A stretch of DNA of 53,664 nt from Ghiorsea sp. (lineage in GTDB: Bacteria > Pseudomonadota > Zetaproteobacteria > Mariprofundales > Mariprofundaceae), in NCBI GenBank assembly GCA_027059605.1, contig JALSZC010000068.1:1-53664 (forward strand). Direction: 5' to 3'. The translations under genes were made by a program, and so were the position numbers. This document shows positions 7,988-19,600 of this stretch, piece by piece (the stretch's first letter is position 1; the number at the start of each line of letters is the position of its first letter). The notes under the pieces are model-generated. The model was not told the DNA's origin and did not search any database. It saw only the letters and a list, made by a program, of their open reading frames with translations.

Positions 7988-9055
7988 ATGACATATATCC
8001 CACCCCGTGATGAAATTGAATTAGATTTACTTGATATTTGGCAACAGCAGTTTAAGCAACCAAAAATTGGAATGCTCGATACATTTGATGATCTACAAGC
8101 TGAAGACAATCAGATTGAGATTATTAGCCAAGCGATTTCGCAAAAGTTTCAAAGAACTTTAGATAAAAATACCCTGAAATCAGCTTCAACTATTGATGCC
8201 ATCGCTGATATTCTTCGTGAAGATGTTAAAGAGGTATCTTTTTCATGTTTGGTGCCGATGCGTGAAACGGGTACGAAACTGCCATTCTTCTGTGTACATG
8301 GTGCAGGGGGTAACATTATGATATTCCAAGATTTGTGCAAAAATCTTGGTGATGACCAACCCTTTTATGGGCTTCAAGCGCAAGGCTTAGATGGTGAATC
8401 CGAGCCCCTAACCAGTGTTGAAGCTATGGCAGCCCAATATTTATCTGAAATTAGGCAAATACAACCTCAAGGTCCTTATATCTTTGGCGGTATGTGTTTA
8501 GGTGGTCTTATCGCCTATGAAATGGCACAACAAACACAAGCGTCTGGTGATGAAGTGGCTTTAGTTGTATTGCTGGATGCACGTAATCCTAGCTCTATGT
8601 TAGCTATGGATGAAAATGATATTACAGATAACAACACACTCAATAAAATTAAGAACAAGCTAAAACAAGGCGACCTTCTCAACACGCTAAAAAGAAAAGC
8701 AGGGCGTTTAACAACAAAAGTGGTGAAAAACACAACTTGGACAATCAAAGAGAAAGTAGGCAATCAATTTGTTGACCAAGAAAAACGTTTTTACAAACAC
8801 ATCTGGGATGCCAATGCCATTGCCCGTAAAGCTTATATACCCAAGCCCTATACAGGAGATATTTTAGCCTTACTTGCTGCAGAAGCACCCGATGGCTCAC
8901 CCAGAGACCCCAAGCGAGGCTGGGCAAAGCTTGCCCCCCAACTCGAAGTTATCAAAGTACCTGGGCGGCATGACACCGTGGTTCGTGAGCCGCAAGTCAA
9001 AGGTTTAGCACAAAGCATTAACCAGCGTTTAGCAAAAATACCAAACAACAATTAA
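7988..9055 (+). CDS. Degenerate carrier domain + NRPS/PKS-type thioesterase (GxCxG)
   Basis: LPFFCVHGAGG, YGLQAQG, GPYIFGGMCLGG, LLDA and PGRH motifs. The N-terminal PCP-like domain lacks the GGxS serine. Confidence 0.88.
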   Translation: MTYIPPRDEIELDLLDIWQQQFKQPKIGMLDTFDDLQAEDNQIEIISQAISQKFQRTLDKNTLKSASTIDAIADILREDVKEVSFSCLVPMRETGTKLPFFCVHGAGGNIMIFQDLCKNLGDDQPFYGLQAQGLDGESEPLTSVEAMAAQYLSEIRQIQPQGPYIFGGMCLGGLIAYEMAQQTQASGDEVALVVLLDARNPSSMLAMDENDITDNNTLNKIKNKLKQGDLLNTLKRKAGRLTTKVVKNTTWTIKEKVGNQFVDQEKRFYKHIWDANAIARKAYIPKPYTGDILALLAAEAPDGSPRDPKRGWAKLAPQLEVIKVPGRHDTVVREPQVKGLAQSINQRLAKIPNNN

Positions 9056-9064
9056 TCATGCTCC

Positions 9065-9751
9065 ATGATTGATCTATATGCAATTCACCTTGATAAAATA
9101 CAAAGCTTAATACCTGACTTATACCATGGTGTGCTTAATACTACTGAAAAGCAGCATATAAGCCGGCAAAAGATAGAAAGCGTGCGTAAGCAGAGGATTT
9201 TATCACGTGCAATATTGAGACTCATTTTAGGGTGTCATACGCATGAACCAGCACAAAACCTTCAGATTCATACCTCCAAATATGGTAAACCCTACCTCAA
9301 AAACCAAAACATCTATTTTAATGTCTCGCACACAAAACACATGTTAATCGTTGCACTTTCAACCCAGTATGATGTGGGCATTGATATTGAATACAAAAAC
9401 ACTGACATTCAAACCCAAAACCTACCCAAACAATGTTTTCATCCACAAGAGTGGGAATATTTTCAGTCCTTACCTCACAATAAGAAACAATTGTTTTTCC
9501 TAGAAATGTGGACAAAAAAAGAAGCGGCAAGTAAGGCTATCGGGCTTGGTTTTCACTATCCCTTTCAGCAAATAAACACTCTAGAAAACAATCATTCACT
9601 AAACATCAATAGCTATAAGGTTCAGCAACATATCATCACCACACCTCGAAAGCATTATATTGTTGCTTTAGCATCAGTATCTGCATCACCCTGCCAACCA
9701 ACCCCTTGGCAAGAACTTCATCACGAATGGATAAAACAATGCCTCACTTAA
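9065..9751 (+). CDS. Sfp-type 4'-phosphopantetheinyl transferase
   Basis: YGKP, FNVSHT, VGIDIE and WTKKEA motifs. Confidence 0.93.
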   Translation: MIDLYAIHLDKIQSLIPDLYHGVLNTTEKQHISRQKIESVRKQRILSRAILRLILGCHTHEPAQNLQIHTSKYGKPYLKNQNIYFNVSHTKHMLIVALSTQYDVGIDIEYKNTDIQTQNLPKQCFHPQEWEYFQSLPHNKKQLFFLEMWTKKEAASKAIGLGFHYPFQQINTLENNHSLNINSYKVQQHIITTPRKHYIVALASVSASPCQPTPWQELHHEWIKQCLT

Positions 9752-10656
9752 ACATGCCAAACTTCTTACTTATTGGTGCACCAAAATCAGGTACAACATC
9801 TTTATTCCAATACCTTAGAATGCACCCCGATATTTTTATGGGCAGCCTCAAGGAGCCTAATTTTTTCGCCTTAGAAGGGCAAAAAGTCAACTACCAAGGA
9901 CCAGGTGATATGCGAGGTAATAGTTGCCGTATTACATCTTTGTCAGCATACCAGCAACTATTTACGTCTGGCAAACAACATAAGGCTAGAGGTGAAGCAT
10001 CAACCGTTTATTTATACTCAGATATAGCGGCTAAAAATATCGCTAAATATGCGCCTGACATGAAAATGATTGCCATTCTCCGTAACCCCATTGACCTCGC
10101 ATATTCCGCCTTTTTGCACATGCAAAGAGAAGGTCGTGAGCCTTGCACAACCTTTGAGGAAGCTCTCGCCCAAGAAGCAATGCGAATTCAAGAAAACTGG
10201 GCACCTCTGTGGCACTTAACTGCGCAAGGTCTTTATGCTAAACAGCTTGCGCGTTATTATGAATATTTTCCTCAACAACAACTTAAAATATTTATATATG
10301 AAGAGTGGCAAGAAAACCCACAAAAGGTTATCAAAGAAATACTAGAGTTTCTTAATATTGATAGTTCGACGACCTTAGATACATCAAAACGTTTTAATGA
10401 ATCAGGCAAGCCTAAGCATATATGGCTTCATCACTTGCTCACAAAAAACAACCCTTTGAAACAAGCTTTAAAACCTTTTCTTCCGAAAAGATTTCGACGC
10501 AATATGATGGCATCATTGACCAAGAAAAACCTTGAACAAAATACATCAATGCCCATGTTGGATACTACACGAGACCAATTAAAACATCTTTTCCACGGTG
10601 ATATTAAAGATTTGGAAGTGCTGCTACAGCGAGACTTAAGCCACTGGCTAGATTAG
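9739..10656 (+). CDS. PAPS-dependent sulfotransferase
   Basis: PNFLLIGAPKSGTTSL, KEPNFF, GEASTVY and LRNPID. Likely ATG 9739 overlaps the PPTase stop. Confidence 0.92.
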   Translation: MPHLNMPNFLLIGAPKSGTTSLFQYLRMHPDIFMGSLKEPNFFALEGQKVNYQGPGDMRGNSCRITSLSAYQQLFTSGKQHKARGEASTVYLYSDIAAKNIAKYAPDMKMIAILRNPIDLAYSAFLHMQREGREPCTTFEEALAQEAMRIQENWAPLWHLTAQGLYAKQLARYYEYFPQQQLKIFIYEEWQENPQKVIKEILEFLNIDSSTTLDTSKRFNESGKPKHIWLHHLLTKNNPLKQALKPFLPKRFRRNMMASLTKKNLEQNTSMPMLDTTRDQLKHLFHGDIKDLEVLLQRDLSHWLD

Positions 10657-13655
10657 CCCAGAAAACAGGCAATATATTCCTCACCTTCACGTTGGACATT
10701 TATACACTCTGCTCGGATTGATGTATCTCCGTGCACCACTCTACATTCCCATAAGCCATTTTGTTGTTTTTCACATGCTAAATCAACGGGGCTATAATGT
10801 TGTTTTGCCATTGATTTTAAGCGACCACGCATTGTATCTTTACATACAATAACTTGATACAAATAGTCCAAGTCTTCATCAATACTTAACCAGTATAAAC
10901 GCTCATCTTGGGTAAATATCAAGTATGCCAGCTTATAAAGCCATACTTTCCCAGATGAAAATAAAAAGTCTTTAGAAAAAGGTTTGAAAGTATATATATC
11001 ATCAAGCCTTTCAGATAAAAGGTAGTATGCAGGATAGTTGGTAAACTTATTATAACGTGTCGGCACACTAAAGTGCATATCCAAGCGCCCTTGTAGCGTT
11101 GCCAACAACTGACCATGTTCATCCAAATATTCGATGTCAGACTGTATTGCTACAGTTTCAGGATATAGTCGGTGATATGCAACAGCTTTGGGGCTACTTT
11201 TTACATCTTTATCCAGTAAAAGATGCTCAGCTATCAAACGGTCTTGCGCATCAAAAAATTGGTAAGATGCATCTTGCGGCAATGGTTCTCCATTGGTTTG
11301 TACATATTGAATGCGCACGTTAACGATTACCTTGCTACCCTTCGCTATAGGTGGCAAAAAGTATTGAAGTGATGAAATCTGAAATGGTAAAATAGTTAAG
11401 TCCACACCATATTTGCTATGTGCCCAATAAGTAGTGATATGCATTGAGGCATCAATTATAATAGGGTCTATCACAAAATGGGGTGTTTCAATGCCCTTCA
11501 ACAATTGATGCTTAGGTAGCACTTCTAATTCAGCAACCACACCATCATCACCCATATGAACAATTTTTTTCACAGCCTGAAACGAATTTCCATGAAATTC
11601 ACCGGGAACCCAAGGTTTAACAGGATGTTTTCCAATATAGAAGTTACCCTTGTGGTATGGTGTTGGAATATGACCAGACGGTACGATATTTAAGTATTGA
11701 GGCATTGGATTTTTCTGCCAAGCTAATTCAATCTTGCTTTCAAAAGACAATCGTTTTTGCCCATGGGTAGTATTAAAAATACGGCACAGTATATGTTGCT
11801 TATCCAGATACTGTGCTTGAATCTCTAAATTCACGGATTGCTCTATCAAAACAAACCAACTTAATGCACGAACATCGAATATACGCTGAATAACCCAGCC
11901 TTGACCCGCTAAGGCTAATGCTGATTCAGCCGTAGCTTCCATACTAAAAGTAAAAGGAATCACAGGTAATGCAGAAAGCTCTGGGGCAAATAAGCTTGGC
12001 TGCCCACCAAAAGCATGGTGTAAAAGGTAAGGCTCTTGGTCTACTGTAACTTCTCTAGACCAGCGCGCTTTTTTCTTATCTTGCTCAATCAACTTCCCAA
12101 GTAAAGACCATGTCTTTTGTGAAGGCTGCTGGTGAGTCAAGGTTGTTTTACTATATTGTTTCACTTGCTCCATAATGCGTACTTGTTGCTGAAGAAAATC
12201 TTGCATTAATGCAAAGTGAGTACTTAGTAACTGTGCATGCGTGGTATTATCTAATGGTTTATTCGTAGCAACTGGTTGCACAGGTACCTCTTCTCTTTGC
12301 GTTGCTTTCTGTGTTGGGTATAAGTGTTGTACGTGTTGAAGTTTTCCCACTGTAAACAACTGACCAAGCATTTGTAAAAAAGCATCTGTCTCACCAGTTG
12401 AAGCCTGTCCTGTAGAAACCACTAGAGCAGGTTTACCTCGTAATATATCTTGCATAAACGATGAGATATTATTACGAGGTCCAATTTCAATGAAAACACG
12501 AACACCTTGGGTATAGAGCTTCTCAATGGTGTCATGAAAACGAACTTGGCCATACAATAAACGTCCTAGCTGCTTCCTTGCCTCTGATGCCTCAACAGGG
12601 AAAGGTTTTGTAGTTACACAGCTGTATAAAGTACCCTCCCCTTGCCCAAACTGAAATTGTTCACAAAAGCGTACTATTTCTTGGCTCATTTCCGAAAATA
12701 ACGGCGTATGGTAAGCATAGCGAAAAGGCATTTCATCCAAAATCGCTCCAGCATTTTTTAAACGTGATGATAAAGTAGAAGCATCATGGTCATGACAAAA
12801 TACAATTTTTTGGTTAGGGCAATTATCCAGTGCAATAAAAGCCTCTTGCACTGGTTCTTGCAAGCAGGGTAAAATCCCTTCCGTATTTAAGGCTCCAACA
12901 CTGTATAACGTACCTTCGGGTGGTTCTGTTTTTTCAGATGTTGCACGATATGCTTGTACAAACTCCTTTTGAATAGCTTTAAATGTGTCTTCCTGCACCG
13001 CACCTTGCATATAATCACTGGCCATAAGTGCAGTAAACTCACCAGTGCTATGTCCTAAGAAGATATCAGGCTTGAGATTGAGTTGATTAATTAAATCGTA
13101 ATATGCCAAAGATAACGTACTTACAATGCAAGCCCCAATATCTAAATCAAATAGCTTGGGGTGTGTATCTGTAGCATACTTCCCTTGGTAAAAGTATGTG
13201 CTTGGTTTCTCTCCTAAAGTGTCAGACAACGCATCATCCAGCCAAGTAATCCAACGCTCTATTTTTGGATAACGTTTTGCAAGCTCACTACCCATACCTG
13301 GAAACTGACTACCCTGACCAGGAAACACAAAGGCAATTTTCCCTTGATAAACCTCAGTATTTTCTATATAAAATATACCTTTAGCTACTTTCCCATCACG
13401 CCGAATTCCCCTATCCAAACGTGCTTTGGCTTGGGATAAAGCTTGAGACAAGTTATCAAAGGATGTAGCCTGAACAAACAACCGGCATGTGCCTTGGTCA
13501 TCAAGTTTATTGTGGTGTTGCCACAAATCCGACTCATCTAAAGCTGACTTTTGGAGCAGGTTTTCAACCTGATTCTTTAATTCTCCTGGGCTTGATGCTG
13601 CAAAAAAAAGTAAAGGGTCAGACGTTTGAAGTAAATCTTGCTTCACACCACTCAA
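10653..13655 (-). CDS. PKS partner subunit: acyltransferase + dehydratase + C-terminal PPTase-like remnant
   Basis: AT motifs AFVFPGQGSQ, GHSTGE, YAYHT and FIEIGP. DH motifs YLLHHAFG...LPVIP and DPIIIDA. No KS domain. Confidence 0.85.
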   Translation of the reverse strand: MSGVKQDLLQTSDPLLFFAASSPGELKNQVENLLQKSALDESDLWQHHNKLDDQGTCRLFVQATSFDNLSQALSQAKARLDRGIRRDGKVAKGIFYIENTEVYQGKIAFVFPGQGSQFPGMGSELAKRYPKIERWITWLDDALSDTLGEKPSTYFYQGKYATDTHPKLFDLDIGACIVSTLSLAYYDLINQLNLKPDIFLGHSTGEFTALMASDYMQGAVQEDTFKAIQKEFVQAYRATSEKTEPPEGTLYSVGALNTEGILPCLQEPVQEAFIALDNCPNQKIVFCHDHDASTLSSRLKNAGAILDEMPFRYAYHTPLFSEMSQEIVRFCEQFQFGQGEGTLYSCVTTKPFPVEASEARKQLGRLLYGQVRFHDTIEKLYTQGVRVFIEIGPRNNISSFMQDILRGKPALVVSTGQASTGETDAFLQMLGQLFTVGKLQHVQHLYPTQKATQREEVPVQPVATNKPLDNTTHAQLLSTHFALMQDFLQQQVRIMEQVKQYSKTTLTHQQPSQKTWSLLGKLIEQDKKKARWSREVTVDQEPYLLHHAFGGQPSLFAPELSALPVIPFTFSMEATAESALALAGQGWVIQRIFDVRALSWFVLIEQSVNLEIQAQYLDKQHILCRIFNTTHGQKRLSFESKIELAWQKNPMPQYLNIVPSGHIPTPYHKGNFYIGKHPVKPWVPGEFHGNSFQAVKKIVHMGDDGVVAELEVLPKHQLLKGIETPHFVIDPIIIDASMHITTYWAHSKYGVDLTILPFQISSLQYFLPPIAKGSKVIVNVRIQYVQTNGEPLPQDASYQFFDAQDRLIAEHLLLDKDVKSSPKAVAYHRLYPETVAIQSDIEYLDEHGQLLATLQGRLDMHFSVPTRYNKFTNYPAYYLLSERLDDIYTFKPFSKDFLFSSGKVWLYKLAYLIFTQDERLYWLSIDEDLDYLYQVIVCKDTMRGRLKSMAKQHYSPVDLACEKQQNGLWECRVVHGDTSIRAECINVQREGEEYIACFLG

Positions 13656-16600
13656 GCTAGCGTACCCAACCTTAAAGCTTGTTCCCCTAAAGATGATGCT
13701 ACAACAACGACATCTTCTTCAGGTGCAAGCAATACTTCTTGTTTAAAGAAATCTCGCCCAGCTTTTGGCGCAATCATAGCAATACCCATGGCTGCCATCT
13801 GTTGCACAGCAGCTTCAGTAACCATACCTGTTCCCGAATCCCAAGGTCCCCAGTTAATGGATTTCACACGCACATGAGACCATTCTGCCTTCATTTGAAT
13901 AGCCAGTTCATTTAATACTTCATTGGCTGCAGCATAATCAACCTGACCAGCATTACCAAAACGACCTGAAATAGAGGAGAAAAACACCCAAAGTTTCAAA
14001 TTTTCAGGGCGTATATGACGCATTAATGTAAGTGCGCTGGATACTTTGGTATCAAACACATTAGAAAATGATGTCACAGACTTATTCACCAGCAACTGAT
14101 CATCAATAATGCCAGCAGCATGAACCACAGCATCAATACGACCATATTTATCATATAGCCCTTCAATAAGCCCTGCAAAAGAAGCATCATCTGTCACATC
14201 ACAACTGTGGTAATCCACTTTGGCACCCAAGCTCTCTAAGCGTTCAATATTTTTACGAATAGCTCGTACAGACAAGATAGCCTGTACTTCTTTTTCAATC
14301 ACAACAGGTGTGCTCGCCCGCCCCTCTTGTTTGGCTACAGCAATACATTGCTTGCGTATTTCCGCTGGGTCCTCAATACCTTGCATAGGATCTGAATCTT
14401 TAGATGAAAGCGGTGTTCTACCCACCAAAACTAAAGTGGGCTGAAAAGGAGCAAAGTCTTTTAACACTTCTGCAGTAATACCTTTCGCTCCACCTGTGAC
14501 CAGCACTACCCAATGATCAGGTTGTATCGCTGAGTTAGAAGTAGCAGATAGTTCTTTTGCTTCAGGTATATAGCTAATACGCTGCCCATGCTGATAACAA
14601 ATTTCAACATATGAAGAATCAGCATCTAAGAACTCAGCAACAATGATTTTTGCCATCTTCATGGGTGACATTTCTGCATCAAAATCAACACTACGCGCAT
14701 GCGTATTACCGTACTCGTGACGTAGTGTTTTCATCATCGCTTTTAAACCAGCTGATATTGCAGGTGGATAAGTTTGCGTGGCGGTATCATAGGCTTGTAG
14801 CAAGCTTGCAGACAATACACGTTTGCCTGCACCTGAGTTGTTTGCAGTGCGAACAATTGGTTTTAACAATGTAAACAATGATTGATGGCATAACCTTGCC
14901 ACGTCATTACAGGTTTCTTCTGACTTACCAGCATGTTCAATGAGGCTAGATAAGTGGATTAAACCTATAACCTTTGTTTTTTCATCAAGCAATTGTTGTA
15001 TATACGATTCAAGGCTTTCCATATCATTCAACACATGCTCAGGTAAAACAATGCTTTCCACATCGAATTTTTGCAGTTGTTTAACAACTTTAGAAGCAAC
15101 TTGATGACGGTCAGGTGTAATCAACACACAACCCTCTACTTTTTCGTTGGTGATTTGTGGCTCTGGCAAGGTCACTGTAGTCATGGTAAAGCGTGGTAGG
15201 TTATTTTCAATAAAACTACTTGGCTTGGCTGATACAGTTGCACCTGGAGAATGATCTGCTTCATTCTTTTTTTCAGTACCTGACAAGGTTTCAATTTGCG
15301 CAACCATATCCCGCAATGACTTGGTGCGCGAAATAGTATCCATGTGGTCTTGAAGTGCTGACACCATATCTGTGGGCAATCGGTCTTGCAGTGTACCCAT
15401 AATTTCAACACGTTTGATAGAGTCAATGCCAAGCTCTGCTTCCATGTCTTGATCAGGGTCAAGCATATCTTCAGGGTAACCTGTTCGCTCTGCAACAATG
15501 CTTACTAACAAAGGCAATAAATCAGTTTTTTGTGCTGTACTTGCACTTGTTTGTTCAACAGGTTGTGTTGATGAAGACGTTGCCATTGCTTGGGGAGCCA
15601 AGGATTCAATCTGCGTAACCATATCACGCAATGACTTGGTGCGCGAAATAGTGTCCATGTGATCTTGGAGTGCTGCCACCATGTCTGTGGGCAATCGGTC
15701 TTGCAGTGTACCCATGATTTCAACACGTTTGATAGAGTCAATGCCAAGCTCTGCTTCCATGTCTTGATCAGGGTCAAGCATATCTTCAGGGTAACCTGTT
15801 CGCTCTGCAACAATGCTTACAAGTAAATCCAACAAAGATTGAGGTGTGCTATTGGTCTCTTCTTGTCTTTCTTCTACTACTTTCTGAATGGGTTTAGATG
15901 TAGTCAACACATCTTTTTCTTGGGTTGAAGCCACCATGTCTGGAACTTCAAAGTTTTGCAATGCATCCCCACCACCTTGCAAGAAATCAGTCACTACTTT
16001 TTCTTGTAAGGCTAAGAACTCACGCATGGTTTGCTGATAAGAAAGCAACACTTGTTGCATAGGATTTGCAGTACTGCTTGTTGCCACAGAATGTAAATCA
16101 TTATCCTTACCTGCAACTGCTGAAGGCATCATATCAGACTGTGTTTCCATGGTAAGCATGGGGCTGCGACCATTGCTACCCTTAGGTTCACTATGATGAC
16201 GCACTTTATCACCGCTAACAAAGAAAGATGTGTGCCCCAAAGGCTTAGGCTTGGCTTGTGCAAGCAATGATGTTGGTGTCATCACTTGCAAACCACGTTC
16301 AGCAAACAACTGCTCTACTTTAAGGCTTGGTGTACATACGACCAATTGTGCAATGGCATATTGCAAACCTTTCAAACGCCCCCCGTCTGCATCCAGAGCA
16401 ATGCAACGATGCGGTTTATCACCAAGAATTTGTTTAACGAGATTACTTAGAACATTTTTAGCACCAACTTCAACAAAGGTTCGTACACCTGAGGCATACA
16501 TCACCTCAATTTGTGTCACAAACTCAACCGAACCTAACAGGTGCTCAGATAATTGCGTTTTAATAGCTGATGTATCTTGAGCATAGGGTTTTCCATTTTT

Positions 16601-19600
16601 ATTTGCATAAACGGGAGCAGTTGGCACAAGCATTTCAGTATCCGCAATGGCTTGAGCCAAGGGCTGCTGCGCATCAGAAAGCAGCGGTGAATGAAATGCC
16701 CCAGAAACAGGAAGTTGTCTTGCAGCAACACCTTGTGCTTCCATTTTTTCAAGCAATCGCATCATGGCATCTTTTTCGCCAGAGATAATGGTTTGCTGTG
16801 GTGCATTATGATTGGCAACCACGATGGTAGGTTCTTCCTTCAACCAAGTCTCCACCTCATCTCTTGGCAACTTGATAGCAGCCATCGTGCCTTCAGGTCC
16901 TTGTTTGGTTTCACCCATTAAGCGACCTCTTGTTTCAACAAGATGATACAATGTTTGTTCCGTGAATACACCTGCTGCACATAAAGCGCTATACTCACCT
17001 AGGCTATGCCCACAAAAAGCATCAGGCTGAACACCCAAATGCATGAGCAAACGAGTTAAGCCCAGTGAGTAGGCAGCCAAAGCAGGTTGCGCCACATGGG
17101 TATGTGTGAGCGCAGCTTGTTGTTGTTGAACAGTAGCCTTGTCAAAAGCACTTGGTGGAAAAACAATATCATATAAAGATTGGTCAAAGGCATCATCCAA
17201 AGTGTGACTGGCTTCTTCAAAAGCTTGACGCACATCTTCAAAGTACAAGGCATGTTCAATGCCCATATTCACATACTGTGAACCTTGCCCTGGATACATC
17301 CATGCCATACGACCTACATCCGAATATATATCTCTACTATAGTGTATATTGGCATCTAAATTTGTAGTGTTTTCATTGCTAATACTCTCAAGCGCATTGG
17401 TCACCAAACTTTGTAGATGTTGTAAATTATCAGCAACCAAACTTAAACAAACTTTACCTGTACTGTTTTGATAGGCATAAGCTGCTGCAAGCTCGTGTAG
17501 CTCAGGCTGGCTACCTTGTGCCAAGGCTTGCTGAAGTTGTTGCAAAGTCTTTAATAATCGCTCCTGACTATCCGCTTTAAAAACAAATAGTTCATGAGGC
17601 CATCTTTTTGAGCCCGCAGGAACTTTGCCAAGCCCACCTGTATATTCTTCCAGTGTTGCATGGTAATTGGTTCCACCAAAACCAAAGGCACTTACACCCG
17701 CCCGCCTTGGATGCTTAGAAGCTGCAAACCAAGGGCGTTTTTGATTTAAGATAAAAACGGGGCTTTGTGCATCAGCAATAACATCCAGTGGTTCACTCAC
17801 GTTCATATGTGGTGGCTGAACCTTATGGTGCAATGCCAATACAGCTTTGATTAATGCGGCTGTGCCTGCAGTTGCTTTGGTGTGTCCAATTTGAGACTTC
17901 ACGGAACCCAAAGCACTACTTTTGGGCTTGGTGTGATGTTTGTGAAGTGTGTTAATAATGGTTTCAGACTCTGCTTTATCACCAGCATTCGTACCTGTAC
18001 CATGTGCTTCAAACAAAGCTACAGTATCTGGTGTATAACCTGCTTTTTGATAAGCTCTATCTAAGGCTCGCATTTGCCCGCGTGGTAGTGGTGCTGTCAT
18101 ACCCAAAGCCCTGCCATCACTAGAGCTTCCTACACCTTTAATCACACCATAAATTCTATCACCATCACGTTCAGCATCTGCCAAACGTTTTAAGACAACT
18201 ACAGCAATACCTTCACTGATCACAATACCATCACCATGCTTGTCAAACGGGCGAGGTGTTCCTGAAGGAGATAGTGCCTGTGTTTTGGCAAAACACATAT
18301 AAGAAAACGGACTCATCATGGTATCTATGCCACCTGCAATGGCCACGTTAGCTACACCACTTTCAAGCTCTTGCACTGCATTTTTTAAAGCAGCTAGTGA
18401 TGAACCACATGCTGCATCCACAGTTTGGTTGGTGCCACCCAAATCAAAGCGATTAGCAACACGACCTGCTGCAACATTCAGTAATAGTCCCGAAAATGAC
18501 TCTTCATTCCAATCGGGAAGCCTATCCAATACTTCAGGGTTGGGTTTGCCGACAACTTTATCCAACTCTGTACGCGCTGCATATTGCACACCCAAGTCAC
18601 CAAGCCCGCCACTTGCACCCAAGATAACCGAAGTGTTTTCTCTATCAAAATTACCACTTTCATAACCTGCATCTTTCAATGCCTCTTGAACAACCCCTAA
18701 AGTTAAAAGTTGAATAGGCTCAATGGTTCGCAATGAATTTGGCGGGATACCAAAGTCCATAGGATCAAATGGAACTTCTCCAAAAAAACCACCATTTTTC
18801 ATATAGATTTTATCTTTTATCTTTCTATCCGCATCAAAATACAACCGCCAGTCCCAGCGTTCCTTAGGGATTTCTGAAATCACTTCACGTTTATTGAGAA
18901 TATTCTGCCAATAGGTTTCAACATCATGCGCACCTGGCAACAACGTAGATACGCCCACAATCGCAATATCAACAGGCTCTACTTCTTTGCCTTCTTTCAT
19001 ATTTGATGATGCGATAGATTCAACTAGTGCCAAACTTTCTTGAACCATGCTTTCATGCAAACCAGCAACCGTTGTTTTTTCATGATGCAACGTTGCCACT
19101 TGCCCAATCATATACATGCCTTCTTCAAGCTGCTCATCATGGCTCACCTGAACAACATTCCCTTTATCATCACGCTTCACACCCTTTGAAGCAATGCGTA
19201 ACCGACCTAGACTCAAAGCATCCAAATGACTACTTACTTCAGCCGCATCTACACCTTCTTTCAGTAGCCTTCTTCGTGTTGCATAAAATTCTTCCGCAAA
19301 TGTTGTGTTCACACAACGACTGGCATGACCAGGGCCAGTCACCAAATTAATCGTGCTTTCACATTGTATGGCTTGATTTTGAAACTCTTGTAGAATCGAA
19401 CCTTGTGACACCGCCTCTTCAGTGAATAAATACACAGTGCCCATCAACACACCAACCTTGGCACCCCGCGTCACCAATGGTGCTGCTAATACATTGACCA
19501 TCGTTGCAGACAATCCATCATGGATACCACCAGCAAAAAGAAGTTGGAATTCATCTTCCTTGCCTTTAGGCATATCCTCAAGCAACACTTCAATCATTTG

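Noticed and set aside
15181-15813. Two similar ~100-aa ORFs (MLQSEQVTLK...)
   Set aside because: Off-frame shadows of the ACP duplication.
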